A DNA stretch of 60,795 nucleotides, filler included, from Squatina squatina (Eukaryota), in NCBI GenBank assembly GCA_031763465.1. It is 4 parts of 3 records of this genome, joined end to end, with 100 filler letters (N's around TTAATTAATTAA, not from the genome) between each part and the next. Parts side by side here need not be neighbours in the genome. Positions count along the whole stretch, not along the records: positions 14,769 to 31,935 come from JARFOE010000046.1; positions 32,036 to 47,435 come from JARFOE010000046.1; 2 more parts are not named here. One strand, written 5' to 3'. The notes beneath the pieces were generated by a model that was not told the DNA's origin, made no database searches, and saw only the letters and a program-made list of their open reading frames with translations. This document shows, one piece after another, positions 27,071-39,841 of this stretch; within the stretch, counting starts at the first letter, position 1; each line of letters begins with the position of its first letter. The position numbers were made by a program, and so were the translations under genes.

Positions 27071-27432
27071 AGTGTTGGTGACAGTCAGGCTGGAGAGAAG
27101 TTGTCTGCCGGGATTTTAATGAGGCTGGTTGGTTAAAATTGGCTGGAGTTCATTCCGCCACAGGCGGGCAGGAAATTAACTCGCCAGCATGATTTCCCAC
27201 CAGAAACTCCACGGGCAGTTAAAATCAAGTGCGAACATTTATTATGCAACAATAACCTCATTAAAACATTTCCTAGACCTTTCTGATGTTTTTTTGTACA
27301 AACATAAATGGATTTAACATTGTAATAAGACANNNNNNNNNNNNNNNNNNNNNNNNNNNNNNNNNNNNNNNNNNNNNNNNNNNNNNNNNNNNNNNNNNNN
27401 NNNNNNNNNNNNNNNNNNNNNNNNNNNNNNNN

Positions 27433-27935
27433 GATCCTAGGATTGATAAGGAATTGGCTATATTATCATATGCAGAGGGTTGTTATTATTTGTAGTCATC
27501 CTGTGTGAAGACTGGTTGTTAGTGGAGTTGGGTTTAAGACCATTGCTCATCACTATCTGTACTAATAATCTGGATGAAGGTTTTGGGGAACTGCCTGCTT
27601 GTTTGCGGATGATACAAGCTTTCTGCGAGTGTTAGGACCTTGGATGAGAAAAAACGACTATAGTCAAATCTAGATGCAATGGGGGAATAAATGTAGTGAT
27701 CTGCACATGGGTAGGTCTAATGCAAGGCAGATAAATACTATGTAGGGTTCTGTTGAGAAGGATAGAAACCTAGGTGTTATAGAATATGAATCTCTGAAGG
27801 TTCATCATCAGTACCACAAGGCTGTAGCAAAAGTATTTGGATGTGTTGCTATGATGATCCAATATAAAACAAAAATAACTATATTGACCTTGTGTAAAAC
27901 CTTGGTTAAGGCTCATCTAGAATACTGTGAGAACT
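27433..27935 (+). mobile_element. Old CR1 RT fragment
   Basis: Degenerate FADDT and LV..HLEYC motifs. Confidence 0.65.
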
Positions 27936-28972
27936 AGGAGACATGTGTATATGTCATGTAAGCAAAGAATTAGGTTAGATGTTGGTGTTTTTTTTCCTTT
28001 TGATCAAGGGCAGTTATCCCTACAAGGCAGGTCTGAGTTCAGGGAAATAATTGACCTGAAATATGGTTTAACAACATCTTTGCAACGTATTTAAGCTCTG
28101 TTGACTACAAATGCCGGGATACAGGGTTACACTCACTGTTATTCACTTTTAGGTTCTCATTGCACTGGGAGAAATACTAAGCAGAGGTGCAGCACTTTCC
28201 TCTGGCTAGCGTGAGAAAGCTAGAAGAATAGGCTGCCTTTATGCACCCTCTAGTAGCTAGCAGAATAATTACTTCTGCTTGGAAGGTGGCCCCCATTGTA
28301 TGTTGTTGGCAAGGAAAGTTCATGATGTAACTTGCATTGAAATACTCGGTTTGTGAATTCCACAATGCAGTTGGGACTTGCTGAAAATACTGCATTTACA
28401 ACATGAAACAAACAAAGTCAAATAAATCATGTGGATAGTATTACGCAGAGAACATTGGACACTTGCTGAATTCAAGGCCACAAATTAATGAAAGCGATTT
28501 CAAACAGGCAGAGCATTTATAACCATTATCTGAATCCTACTAAAACATTACTACCTGAAAGAAAAATAATTGCAGGGCTATGGAGAAAGGGCGGAGGATT
28601 GGGACTAGCCGAAGTGCTCTTGCAGAGAGCCAGCATGGGCTCGATGTGCTGAATGGCCTCCTTCCGTGCTGTAACGATTCTATGCATAATGTATTAAATT
28701 CTCGAAAGTATCTTCTATTTTGTAATAATCTACGCTGTCCATGTTATGGAGGTGATGCATTGGTTTAGCCTGTTCATGATTGCCATTCTGTTTCATGTCA
28801 ATGATTTGTGTTGCCATTGAAGGATTAATTATTTTGATATCAAAACTGAAAGCTTATCAAGTAATAGCTTGCAATGGATTACAGGGAGATTCTACAACAG
28901 TGTGTATTAGGATAATAATGAAAAATTTGTGATGGCTACATGAATAACCAAGTTTTCTGTGCAACTTTACAG

Positions 28973-29154
28973 GGTACAAGAAACTTCCTGATGCAAAGGA
29001 CTTAGCTAAGGAGTTTCTGTTGAGAAGAAAGTTCATTCCAGATCCTCAAGGAACAAACTTGATGTTTGCTTTCTTTGCTCAGCACTTTACTCACCAGTTC
29101 TTCAAGACAGATCTTGATCGTGGTCCAGGGTTTACAAAAGCTCTTGGTCATGGG
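28973..29154 (+). CDS. Cyclooxygenase (prostaglandin G/H synthase, PTGS1/PTGS2 family) internal exon
   Basis: tttacag|...|gtaagc, 182 nt, open. Encodes (G)[60 protein letters not shown], including the peroxidase-site QHFTHQ motif. Paralogue not resolved. Confidence 0.95.
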
Positions 29155-30832
29155 GTAAGCAACAGTATTTAATGGTAACCATCTGACCATAACAATTATA
29201 GTTAGCATCCATTTGTGAAACTGATGTTTTGACATGGTAGTTTTTCTGTTAGCTCCTTCACGTTGGTAGGCATATGTTTTTTCTCTTGTGATGTTACTTG
29301 GAGGATTTCTGATTTTTCCAAAGTAAAATTCATACATTTCTGCGAGAGTTGGTGGAATTTTCAGATCTTTTTGTTGATGGTAAGTGCCCATTTGTATTTT
29401 TTTAGTCTTTTTCAATCTGCAACATATTAAAGGAGAATGTTGTTCAAGACAGTCAGTTAACACAAACCATCCTGCCGTTATATAGGGTGACTATGTAGGG
29501 AAAGGTTCATAACTGAGGTAAAGGTACTGCGAGGAATGTCCAATATGTATTTCAGACCAAAGGCAAACTGTCAATCAACTAAGACCAAAGACACAGTGGA
29601 GCATACCAATAGATAGATGACTAGCACGCTGGTGTTTTCACATTATCTGTTTACACTGGACCTCCATATGGTTTGACAGAGTACAACTTAAGTAGCACTT
29701 AAAACAAAGCCTCAGGGGGCCCAATTGGTCTGTTTAACACCATGGTAATGCCGAAAATTGGCGCTACCCGGGTGGTGACGCAGCGCAAGGGTCAATTTTC
29801 TAGTGTGCTGGCATTGGGTATGGCGCCCCGGCGGCGCNNNNNNNNNNNNNNNNNNNNNNNNNNNNNNNNNNNNNNNNNNNNNNNNNNNNNNNNNNNNNNN
29901 NNNNNNNNNNNNNNNNNNNNNNNNNNNNNNNNNNNNNTATTTCTGGCTTTTTCAGTTCTGACGAAGGGTCATCGACCCGAAACGTTGACTCTGTTTTTCT
30001 CTCCACAAATGCTGAGTTTTTCCAGCAATTTTTGTTTGTATTCTAGATTCCAGCATCCGCAGTATTTCGCTTTTGTATTACTTTGGCAACATCTCCATTC
30101 CCTTCAACCTCTACCACCGAGAAGGACAGGAGCAGTAATGTCGTGGGAACACCATCATCTCCAAGTCACACACTCTCCAAGTCCTAACTTGGGCATATAT
30201 TGCTGTTCCTTCATTGTCGCTGGGTCAATATTGTTGAAATTCCCAACATCATTGTGGCAGCACCATCACCACAAGGACTGCATCTGGACAAAGAGAAGGC
30301 CCCACCCTACCACCACCTTCTTGGGTCAACTCCGGATTGGCAATAAAAAATGTGGCTTTGTCAGTGTTGCTCATATCCAAGAACATATTTTGAAGGAAAA
30401 CATCACAAGATATCAGTGAATACAATGTAAACGTGCATTAACAACGTCCTTGTTCAAGAGTTTATTTGGCATTGTACAGAGCTGCCACATTACAATTGAG
30501 CAATTTTCTCTTCTACTCTTCTACTGTGGTGCTGAATTTCCTCTGATACCGAGACATATTTGACAACAAACATACAGTCGTAATTTTTCTTTCAAGAACA
30601 CCTTTTGAAAACAGATCAGAAGCTGTAAATAACCAGCAGTGAGTGGGCTCGCAGTGTGCGGACAACAAGGGGAAGATGAAAAGGCACATGAGAAATTCTT
30701 ATTACCAATTGATGTTGAGGCATTTTCGGATCTGAAAAAATGTCACTAAAAACTTCAGTAGAGGCGGTGGGGGAGGGGAGAGGCGGGGAGGGGAACTTTA
30801 GGATTTGTAAACACGTTTCACAAGAAGCTAGA

Positions 30833-31101
30833 TCAGTCATAATACAACTGCAGGATCACTCTAGATTCCCCTTTAAAAATACCGGATCGACACGTACCTT
30901 CAACACTTTGCATTGCCCTTTTTATCGTAAGAATTCCATTCTCTGTGAGAAAACATTGCTGATCATCGGCAATTATGGGCCTATTCTTGAAAGACCAGGA
31001 GATGCTAGGCTTTGGGATTCCAGAGGCATCACAGAGCAGAGTAAATTCCAAGCCATAATGCACCTGCGTTGAAGCATTTAGGAACAGAATACTCGGAGGA
31101 A
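30833..31101 (-). CDS. Hemicentin-like Ig I-set exon (V)PPSIL...FTLLCDASGIPKPSISWS...NGILTI; 3' boundary uncertain
   Basis: Polypyrimidine tract and ctctag acceptor, phase 1 matching the donor at 31466 (364-nt intron). C-x-A-S-G-x-P-x-P-x-x-x-W I-set signature present. Confidence 0.7.
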
Positions 31102-31465
31102 CTAGAGTGAGGGCAGCAGATGGAGGAAAACAGAATAAAGAAGACATGAGGTGCAGGGGGAATGGGAGCCAAAAGATGAGCACAACAGAAAAGTGAAGAA
31201 GGTAAAGCGAAGTGAGTGAAGACATTGGACAAAAGCGATGAGAGATGGAAACCAGGGCAATATAAAGGAAAAATTAAAAAGGATGGAGCAAAACAAACAT
31301 TGTAGTATACAATGTGGGGACAGTAAGAAATAGAGAACAGGAAGGAATAACAGAGTTTGAGCTAAAATTAGAAATATAAAAAATGTAATGTCTATTAGCA
31401 CACATGAATGAATATAATAATGCAGAACAGTCAGAAATCAACAGATTACAAAGCTGCAGTGTTAC

Positions 31466-31685
31466 CGTGCACCCTTAATCTTCCAGTCCTTTCATCTCTG
31501 CCCAGTGCACTAGAAGCCACACAGCGATACGTGCCTTCATCAGTCAGGTTAACCCTGGGTATCAGCAACATTTCTTGTCCTGCATGGCAAAGTACACCAC
31601 AAATATTGTCAATCCTCTTTTTCTTTAAGATGGGGACTTGCCTGTAGGTGGGCGGTGGTCCTGCAGCAAGTGACACTGTGGAATA
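31466..31685 (-). pseudogene. Hemicentin-like Ig I-set exon (3' part), apparently degenerate
   Basis: Encodes LLIPRVNLTDEGTYRCVASSALGRDERTGRLRVH with the D-x-G-x-Y-x-C motif; phase-1 donor g|gtaaca. The 5' side lacks the canonical Trp in frame and abuts an L2 tail. Confidence 0.6.
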
Positions 31686-31870
31686 CTACAACAACTTGTA
31701 TCTATATAGCGCCTTTAACGTAGTAAAACGTCCCACAGCACTTCACAGGAGCGTTATCAAACAAAGTTTGACACCGAGCTACATAAGGAGATATTAGGGC
31801 AGAAAAGTAGGTTTTAGCGAGCGTCTTAAAGGAGGAAAGAGAGGTAGAGAGGTGGAGAGGTTTAGGGATG
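31686..31870 (-). mobile_element. L2-clade LINE 3' end
   Basis: Minus strand ends gggacgttttactacgttaaaggcgctatatagatacaagttgttgt; upstream reads LSTSLSSFKTLAKT, typical of L2 ORF2 ends. Confidence 0.75.
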
Positions 31871-31979
31871 CAGGTACTAGATGCAGAACTGTGCCCAGAT
31901 TCAAAAGCAGCAAGAATCAAAGGCTCCTCTCCCCANNNNNNNNNNNNNNNNNNNNNNNNNNNNNNNNNNNNNNNNNNNN

Positions 31980-31991
31980 TTAATTAATTAA
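31980..31991. other. Artificial scaffold linker TTAATTAATTAA
   Basis: Identical 44N-12mer-44N structure. Confidence 0.95.
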
Positions 31992-34900
31992 NNNNNNNNN
32001 NNNNNNNNNNNNNNNNNNNNNNNNNNNNNNNNNNNTGGTATAACCAGTTATAGTTGCCACATGCTGACTGAACATGGCTGATGGCCTCACCCTGAAGTAG
32101 CTGTTTGTGAACTCAGTCATATTCCAGATGTCAAGACTGTAAGTGGTTCGAGCATCCAGCAGTGCTGCACTTGTAGAATTACTGTCTGGCGAGCAGGTTC
32201 TCCCCGATTCTCCTCAACTGCCATATGAACTCAAGTTTGGGCCAGTTATACTGCAATTACATTGTTTCCTTGCCTCACATTATGTAAAACTGCTGCCCTT
32301 CGACTGCAAATGTGCAGTCTTTCTGATTATTCGGTTTGAGTAAAACTTGTTTTCTGGCATAAGGGAATACAATCTCAACCTAAATAACAGAAACTATTTA
32401 TGGTACATACATGTTTGGAAATGGAAACAACAGCAAGAGTGATAGTCATCGGAAGTGAGAGGAGGGGATGTGTAGGCCGCTAGTGCGTCAGCTTTGCACA
32501 CAGCCTCTTCAATCACCACATACTGTGATTGCTAAAATCATCTGGAAATACAATAGCAGCCACTTGGAGATGGTATTGTTGCAATACTTGAAACAGTCCC
32601 TTTGTAACTGCAGAGTTAGCTCATGTAGTGCCCNNNNNNNNNNNNNNNNNNNNNNNNNNNNNNNNNNNNNNNNNNNNNNNNNNNNNNNNNNNNNNNNNNN
32701 NNNNNNNNNNNNNNNNNNNNNNNNNNNNNNNNNCCTCTGCAACCCTCCGGGCAATTTCCTGGTAGGCAAGATCTGTCCCCCCGCCCTGGGCAAAAAGCAT
32801 TTACTGCCTCGATAGCACTCCTCGGCGGCACTAATGAGGCTAAAGAAAGGGCCAGTTTCAGCCCCAAGCTCCTTTGGCTCTCACCTATAATAAGGGTGAG
32901 GGCTTCCAACACACCGAGGTGGTTGCAGTTTCAAACATTTGGGCCAGTGCTTTCTGCTGCTGTCTAGAAACACCTGTGCTGCTTTAAATGGCTGCAGCAG
33001 ATTTTTTCAAATGGCCTTAGTAGACAAACCATTTTCTTGGCTATGTCACAAAATATTTGTCCCTTCATTGCATGTATTTTTTTTTTCATTTTACTCAGAT
33101 TGTTGAACTTGTACAAAGAGTTGCATGAGATTCCAAGCAGCATATTAAAGTGTCTCTGGGACTTTATAGTCTTTCTGGAACACTTTTGTCTGTATTTTAC
33201 ATAATAAGAGCTTTATAGCAGTAGATATTATTGTAATGACAATTTTACAGAGCATTCAGCATTTCAGTGCCATTGTTTGTAACAATCATGTCTATTGTCA
33301 AGCTTTTGGAATGGATCCAATTATCTCACAAGCACTGTAGAAAATAAAGGCTATTGACAGCTGTGCATTCACCCTGTAACCAGGCAACATTTATCAGTGC
33401 CAAAACTTGATAACAATCTCCAAACTGCTCATTATAGCTTAGCTGGAAAGTGACCTGCCCTTCAGTAAGGAACAAGTGTATGTTGTGCAGTTAGTCTGTA
33501 AAGTGAATGCACTTATCCCCACATCCCTACTTTTTTTTTGTGGTGAAAGTATTTTCTCTACAGATTGAGAATCTAACAACATGCAACCTGTAAAGAATAG
33601 CATACCCAAATTGAAATGAATCAATCTCTGCAACCTAAGCTCGACAGTAGATTATAGTTGCACATCAAAAATTAACTTCCCAAACCAATGCTTAATTTTG
33701 GTAGCAAGTGGGTAGCTGACAGTTGTTTGCCTTTTGTACTCTGGGATCTGTAGATGGTCACTTCTGGGCCTAGAGATTTATTTGTGCCGGCCTGCTGGTG
33801 CAAACTGGCCACAAAGAACGATCCCTGCACCACAATGGGCAGGCTAGACATCCTCAGGCAGTTTGCCAGTGAAGAGGCTTGGAATTGTGGGCCATTGCAT
33901 CACTGGCAGCAGCTTCAGAGAAAGGGAAATGGGGCACAATTGGGAGTTGGGTCACCAAGAAGGAAGGCAACCTGGAAGGGAATGACTGGGAGGAAAGGCG
34001 ATCGGGAGGGGCATGATTATGGGCCGGCAACCACTCCTGAACCTCCCGGTTCTGCATTCAGGTGAGTATTTTTTAAAAATACACCTTTTTGGTGGTGACC
34101 AACTTTTGGTTGCATGTAGACCTGGTTTTCCTGAACAGAGCCAACCTTGTGCCGATTGCAACCCAATTTTACACAGGGGGCCTCAAACAGGCTTTAGGCC
34201 CCTTATTTGCATATGTAAAGGGTTATCACTTGTTTCAGGCATGGGCACCATGACTTTTTTTTTGTCCTTTCGCAATATGGCTGGAGGTGCACTTCTGGCC
34301 GGGAATATGTGGGCACTTCTTGCCGATCAGATTGAGGGAGTAGAAAACCCATGAGGTCTGAAAAATGGTGCTGCGCCTCCGAGGAGCGCTAATAGAACGT
34401 AACAGGAAAAAATGGCGCCAGGAGGCGACCATCTCGCCTCCCAGGGAATNNNNNNNNNNNNNNNNNNNNNNNNNNNNNNNNNNNNNNNNNNNNNNNNNNN
34501 NNNNNNNNNNNNNNNNNNNNNNNNNNNNNNNNNNNNNNNNNNNNNNNNNTTCCAAATCCTGAAGGCTTCAGCTTCTGACATTGGAAAGTGAACAGCTCTG
34601 AAATGGTAGCTTTTATACCACTTCTGTAGCTGTCAACTCGCCAAAGTAATGGAGAATCGCTGAGAATCTGACACACTTACCTGGCGTGAAACCCGAAGGA
34701 CGCCAAACTCGATGAAAACTTGATAAAATGGTAACTGCCTGGGTAAGATCCTTTTAAATACCATTAAATTACCTGTTAACCACCTTTATTGGCTGACCCG
34801 CCTCTTGGTGTCGGGTCTACTATCTGCACGCTGACCCACAATTGAGAAACGGACTTGGAGGCGGGTTCAGAGTGGACTTCCACCCCACTGTCAATCAGGG

Positions 34901-35989
34901 CCATTTTGACAACCAGCCCACCTCCAAACCCACACTTGCAGGGCTGGAAAGATTCCGGCCAAATGTGGGATAATCAATGACCGTAAGTAAAATACAAGGA
35001 AGTAATTCAATCGAGTGCTTCTGATGATGTCCTTAACCATTAAGTACAAAACTTGTTGTCTAGTCTGAGACTTAAGCTCCTCATTAGGGCAATTGGATCT
35101 TTCAAGGCTAAGATCGCTAGATTTTTTGGGGGGTAAGGGTATTAATGGATATGGATCAAAGGTGGGGAAATGGAGTTGAGGTGCAAATCAGCCATGTTCT
35201 AATTTAATGGCAGAACAGGCTCAAGGGGATGAACAGCCTGTTCCTGTTCGTATGTTTCTACTACTTGTTTGTTTATTAAATGTATATTTTAAGAGAATTA
35301 TTTAGCGCTGATTGTTATGAAGTTGTTGCATTACAGAATATTTCATGTGCCTGCTCTTCTCAAGGTGAATTGGCAGCTGTTATTTCCTTCAACATTTATC
35401 ATTTCCCAAACCACTCAGATTCCTGATGGAAAGAGACGGGATTGAGAATCTAACTACAAGTTTCAAATAAATTAGTTTCCTTTTCTAAAACTTATCTTTA
35501 TTTGTAACCTCACAAAATACACAGCCAACAAACTATTTACCTCCCTACAACATCCGTGTTTTTTCCAACTTCATTTAATGATATATGGAATATTCAGAAA
35601 AATGCTAAAGTTGAGTTCTGTCTAGAAATACACTGTAATCATCTATTTTTCATTCATCCATAGGAGGGAACTAAGCAGCTCCAGAACTTGGCAAAACCTC
35701 AAATTGGAGAATCAAGTTGTTTTGCTTGCATGTGAAGATAAGTTCTTGCAGAGCCATAATCAATTGCCAGTTATATTAATATTGCGACTTTTAAGGGAAT
35801 CATTTCCTGTTCCTGAACACCTCCAAGTTTAAATGAGGGGCTCACATGGCCACATGTGTGCAGTCAATGGCTCCCTGGAACATGGGAAATCCCACAATCC
35901 TGTTGAATCCTAGAGTGCTCTGTCTCTGGTCTTCCCTGGCGTTACAGAATGATATATAGTCATTCCTCAGTGCATATAGAGCCACAGAG

Positions 35990-36320
35990 ACCTCCCTTAT
36001 GCAGAATTGCACAGAGGATTACGATATGTGACTGATATCACCTGTGGCAACCTGGATGGTTTCAGTAGCATCAAAATTAAGTGCTACTGTGACCCTGACT
36101 GCTACAGGGAATGCAGTTCTGGCTGTGCTGTGAGATCTGAGTCTTTGTTCCACAAGGCCACAAATCTCTGTGATGAACTCCTTGGTAAAACACAGCCTCC
36201 TCACGCACTGGTCTTGGATCATGTGAATATAGGAATAGTGCTCTCTGAAGACCCTGGGTGGATAGGGTCACCTGCTGAGAGCCCTCCTGTCCCTCCTATC
36301 CTTTTCATGCTGCTTTGCCT
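35990..36320 (-). mobile_element. Harbinger/PIF (HARBI1-like) transposase N-terminal fragment
   Basis: CVRRLCFTKEFITEIC...ARTAFPVAVRVTVALNF.AT...QVATGDISHIS resembles the Harbinger transposase HTH region. Confidence 0.7.
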
Positions 36321-37253
36321 GGCNNNNNNNNNNNNNNNNNNNNNNNNNNNNNNNNNNNNNNNNNNNNNNNNNNNNNNNNNNNNNNNNNNNNNNNNNNNNN
36401 NNNNNNNNNNNNNNNNNNNNNNNAGAAGGTGGCTCATCACCACCTTCTCAAGGGCAATTGTGGATGGGCAATAAAGACTGGTCTTGCCAGCGATGCCCAC
36501 ATCCATGAATTAATTTTTTTTAAATGAGTAATATGCTTAGGGATAAAGCCTTTAGTCCAAGAATCAAAGAAATCCTATAAGGCACTATCCACTCAAAACA
36601 GGCAAGATCCAGAGTTAGAAACGTGTTTATTTCTGTTTACGTGTAACTGCAGTTTTTGAAAGATAAACGCCTAAATGTAACGACTAAACTGTTCTTGGGG
36701 GCTGGGGATGTGCAGTTCAATCTTTAGCTAATTGCCTGATCCTCTCGTTGAACCACGCTTTCAATGTCTATAGGTCAAGTGGAAGATCAGCAGACAAGCC
36801 GTTCAATACTTTTGCATTTATCTGTATAATCCTATTAACATAGTAATTGGAGCTAAGCTGATAACCTTCATGCGTTTATAACTGCCCAATCCATTAAAAA
36901 AAAATTCAATCTCCTTGGCTTGCATTATAAATTCATCTTTATCGTTGAAGTAATGTAACCGTCAACTACTTTGTTTAGAACAAAGTAAAGAATCTCCACT
37001 TCAGTCTATTAAAAGCCACTGGCTAACGTTTGCATTTGCAACTCTTGTTCTCTACTGTTAGCAATGATCCCCTGGTCAGAGAAATCGGAGACAATACACC
37101 AACAGCATATGGTGCCGATTGCAGGGTCTGCAAATTGTTATTCATTTAGAAATGATCGTGCGAATGTACTTCGCCTGATGTTAACCTCTTTTGGTGGACC
37201 TAGTTTAACAAGATCGCTAACTGTTCAGTGCATTTATGGAACAACCGTGAATA

Positions 37254-37404
37254 CCAATTGTCCATTCCATTCAGCGGCACCGACACCATCGCCTCACAAG
37301 TATAAATCCCGAGCTGCACAACGCGATTCATTTCTCAGCGACGAGGAGCCGTGCATTAAAACGCAACACTGCATATTGCTGGTAATCTTTGCCATAATGT
37401 GAGT
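37254..37404 (+). promoter_or_regulatory. Candidate Pol II core promoter and first exon
   Basis: CCAAT at 37254-37258, TATAAA at 37301-37306, Inr-like TCATTTC at 37328-37334 and donor gtgagt at 37399, in a CpG-enriched non-repeat zone. Confidence 0.4.
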
Positions 37405-38905
37405 TGTGGATTAAGAGAAGAATGCGAGTGATTGTACGATCCCACGTCATGTCACAGGGTGACGGGTTGCGGGGAACGGTTTGGGCGAAGCAAAAGCACA
37501 TTCACCATTACGGAGGCTCTGATGCGATTCAACTAACAGTGTTAACGTTCACGACCTGAATATCACCCTTAAATGTCATTGGACATTGGTAAGCGCTATT
37601 ACAAGATTGGGGAAATCGGTAAGAACGTACCTCTTGCCAGTTGTGTTTACTCAGGCTTCAATTACTGTAACCTACATTCAAGTTTACGCTTGATCTGTGC
37701 GTGTCCCGGATTATTTACACCCTGTGGGTTGCAAGCGGAATAGCCACAATGGTATAATGCCTTGTTCACACACATGAGTCGTTCTCTTTAAAATTCCAAT
37801 TAAACACAGCAGACTCGGCTATTATCATTCTCTAATATTATAGGGGGACGCCGCAATCAATAAAGCCCTTTTATATATTGAAATTTTGACGAGTGGTCAT
37901 GGTTTCTTGCATGCAAGGAATCCTAGGGTGTGCAACAGGGTTGGGCCCTGATGTGAAAAGCGGGCTGATGTGCCCAAACCCCCCAAATTAGAATTAGTTT
38001 GTCGCTCGAGATTGAAGGGTTGGAGAAAAGGTGCAAACCTTGTTGACGTGCCGAAGCCCTTGGTGCTGAAGAAACAGCTCCTTCCGCGCCTTCCAGTTCC
38101 TCTCCGTCCCTGCTCTATCCCACTTCAGCTGCCGGAATAAAGGCACTGCTAAAAATAGCTCGTTATGTCGTCCGCCTGCGATAAACTGACACATCTGTAC
38201 ATTTATCGGATGTATTATCACCTCCCTCCCAGCCCGAGATTGTTCACTTGAAGCGAAATCATACAGTCAACAAATGGGCTTTTATTCGCAGGTGACCCGC
38301 CCGTCACGTACGAGGCAGAAGCGGTTGAAAGATAAGGCAGAGCTATTCATCCATTAACTCCAGACTGTGTACCACTGGAATAATAATAAACACAACTGAG
38401 GCATAAAAAGAGATAACAAGAGGGCTATATGGGGGCATTTGTTGTTCGGGCAATACTTGTAATGACACCCTGTGCTTAGGTGTCTGAAGCAAAAAAAGAG
38501 ATAACAATACCAGCTACCAGAAACATAAATCGATATTGCACGTGATTACTGGTTATTAAGGGTATGTTGTATGAAGTTTATATAGTTGAAGATATTTCTA
38601 GTCTATAATGGGCCACATCTGAAATAATATTAAAAATATAAAGAAATGTACCTCAGATCTTTTACAAAACACACTCAGAAAGGCTTAAAAATCGCGATAA
38701 AGCAATTGTCAAAGAAGCAAACAGCTGCGCAAGATGACACTAAAGGCTGTGCCTTGGCATAACACGTACACAAATCACTTTCTTAGCTCAAGTAATTTTA
38801 TTTATNNNNNNNNNNNNNNNNNNNNNNNNNNNNNNNNNNNNNNNNNNNNNNNNNNNNNNNNNNNNNNNNNNNNNNNNNNNNNNNNNNNNNNNNNNNNNNN
38901 NNNNN

Positions 38906-39841
38906 CATCCACATTTTACAGTTTGCACACACTGCCAGCTATTCAAAAATGACAGGCACATCACCCAAACACATTGCACCACACTCACTGATACACTCCC
39001 CTTTCTCTTGCAGGAAAAGTTGGCTTATAACTGGCGCCAGCAGCACCTAATTGATGGATAACAGACACGCCTGCAAAACGCCACCACCATGGAGGAGAAG
39101 TTGCTGGCCATTCTTTGGAGGGGAATCGCAGAGCCGTGGCCAGTGGCAGGGCTGAAAATATGCAAGAAGCTTGTATCCTCAGTCATAATCCTCACATCCC
39201 ACATCCCCCTCATCCCACAATTTCTTTTGATTTAAAATCTGTACATGCTGTCAGCATGCAGCTCTTTCTTTCCCCCCTTCTCACCTCAAACCTACCCTTT
39301 CTCATTTCAGAGACTCAAGAAATCCTGCCTGCCCAGCCAGTGGTGCAAGAACAAGCAGGAGAGCTGAGTGATGATAAAGAAGAAACATCGTCTCATGAAC
39401 TGACATGCACAGTCAGCAGCTAGATACCGGCACAGTTTAGAGGGTAGCTTCGAGGCAGGATCTGCACGTGGTGAGTCACCGGGAACAAAGGGGTTGCAGC
39501 CAGGCCAGGGGAAAGGGCAGCGCAGGTGCCAGCTCCCCAGGGGGCAAGGTTGCACATGGGTTTTGCTGCACAGGACTCAGATAAGGACTTCGATGGAGCA
39601 GCCTACAGCATGGAATACACAATGAAATGCTTGGTGCATTGGCAGGCCTGCCAGAAAACCTGAGTGCAATGTCAAGGTACATGGAGAAGTCCGGCACCAA
39701 CCTTGCACAGGGCTTTGCGCAAAGCTTGGAGCCCATGATTTCCAACATGGAAGATCCATTATCGCATTTGTGGACTCAACCGTGATACAGCATCTGATGG
39801 CCACCATTGGAGGCCATGTCTAACAACTTCCATTGGAGCAC
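38906..39841 (+). mobile_element. Harbinger-associated second-ORF region (Myb/SANT-partner-like), degenerate, with intron-like boundaries
   Basis: ttgcag|EKLAYNWRQQHL...TTMEEKLLAI; a homologous inverted copy lies at 58277-59300. Confidence 0.55.

Noticed and set aside
14499-29154. CRACD-COX synteny as a functional cluster
   Set aside because: The two are separated by an artificial linker.
32090-32215. Possible minus-strand exon ending ..DIWNMTEFTNSYFR|gtgagg
   Set aside because: No acceptor or homology that I could support.
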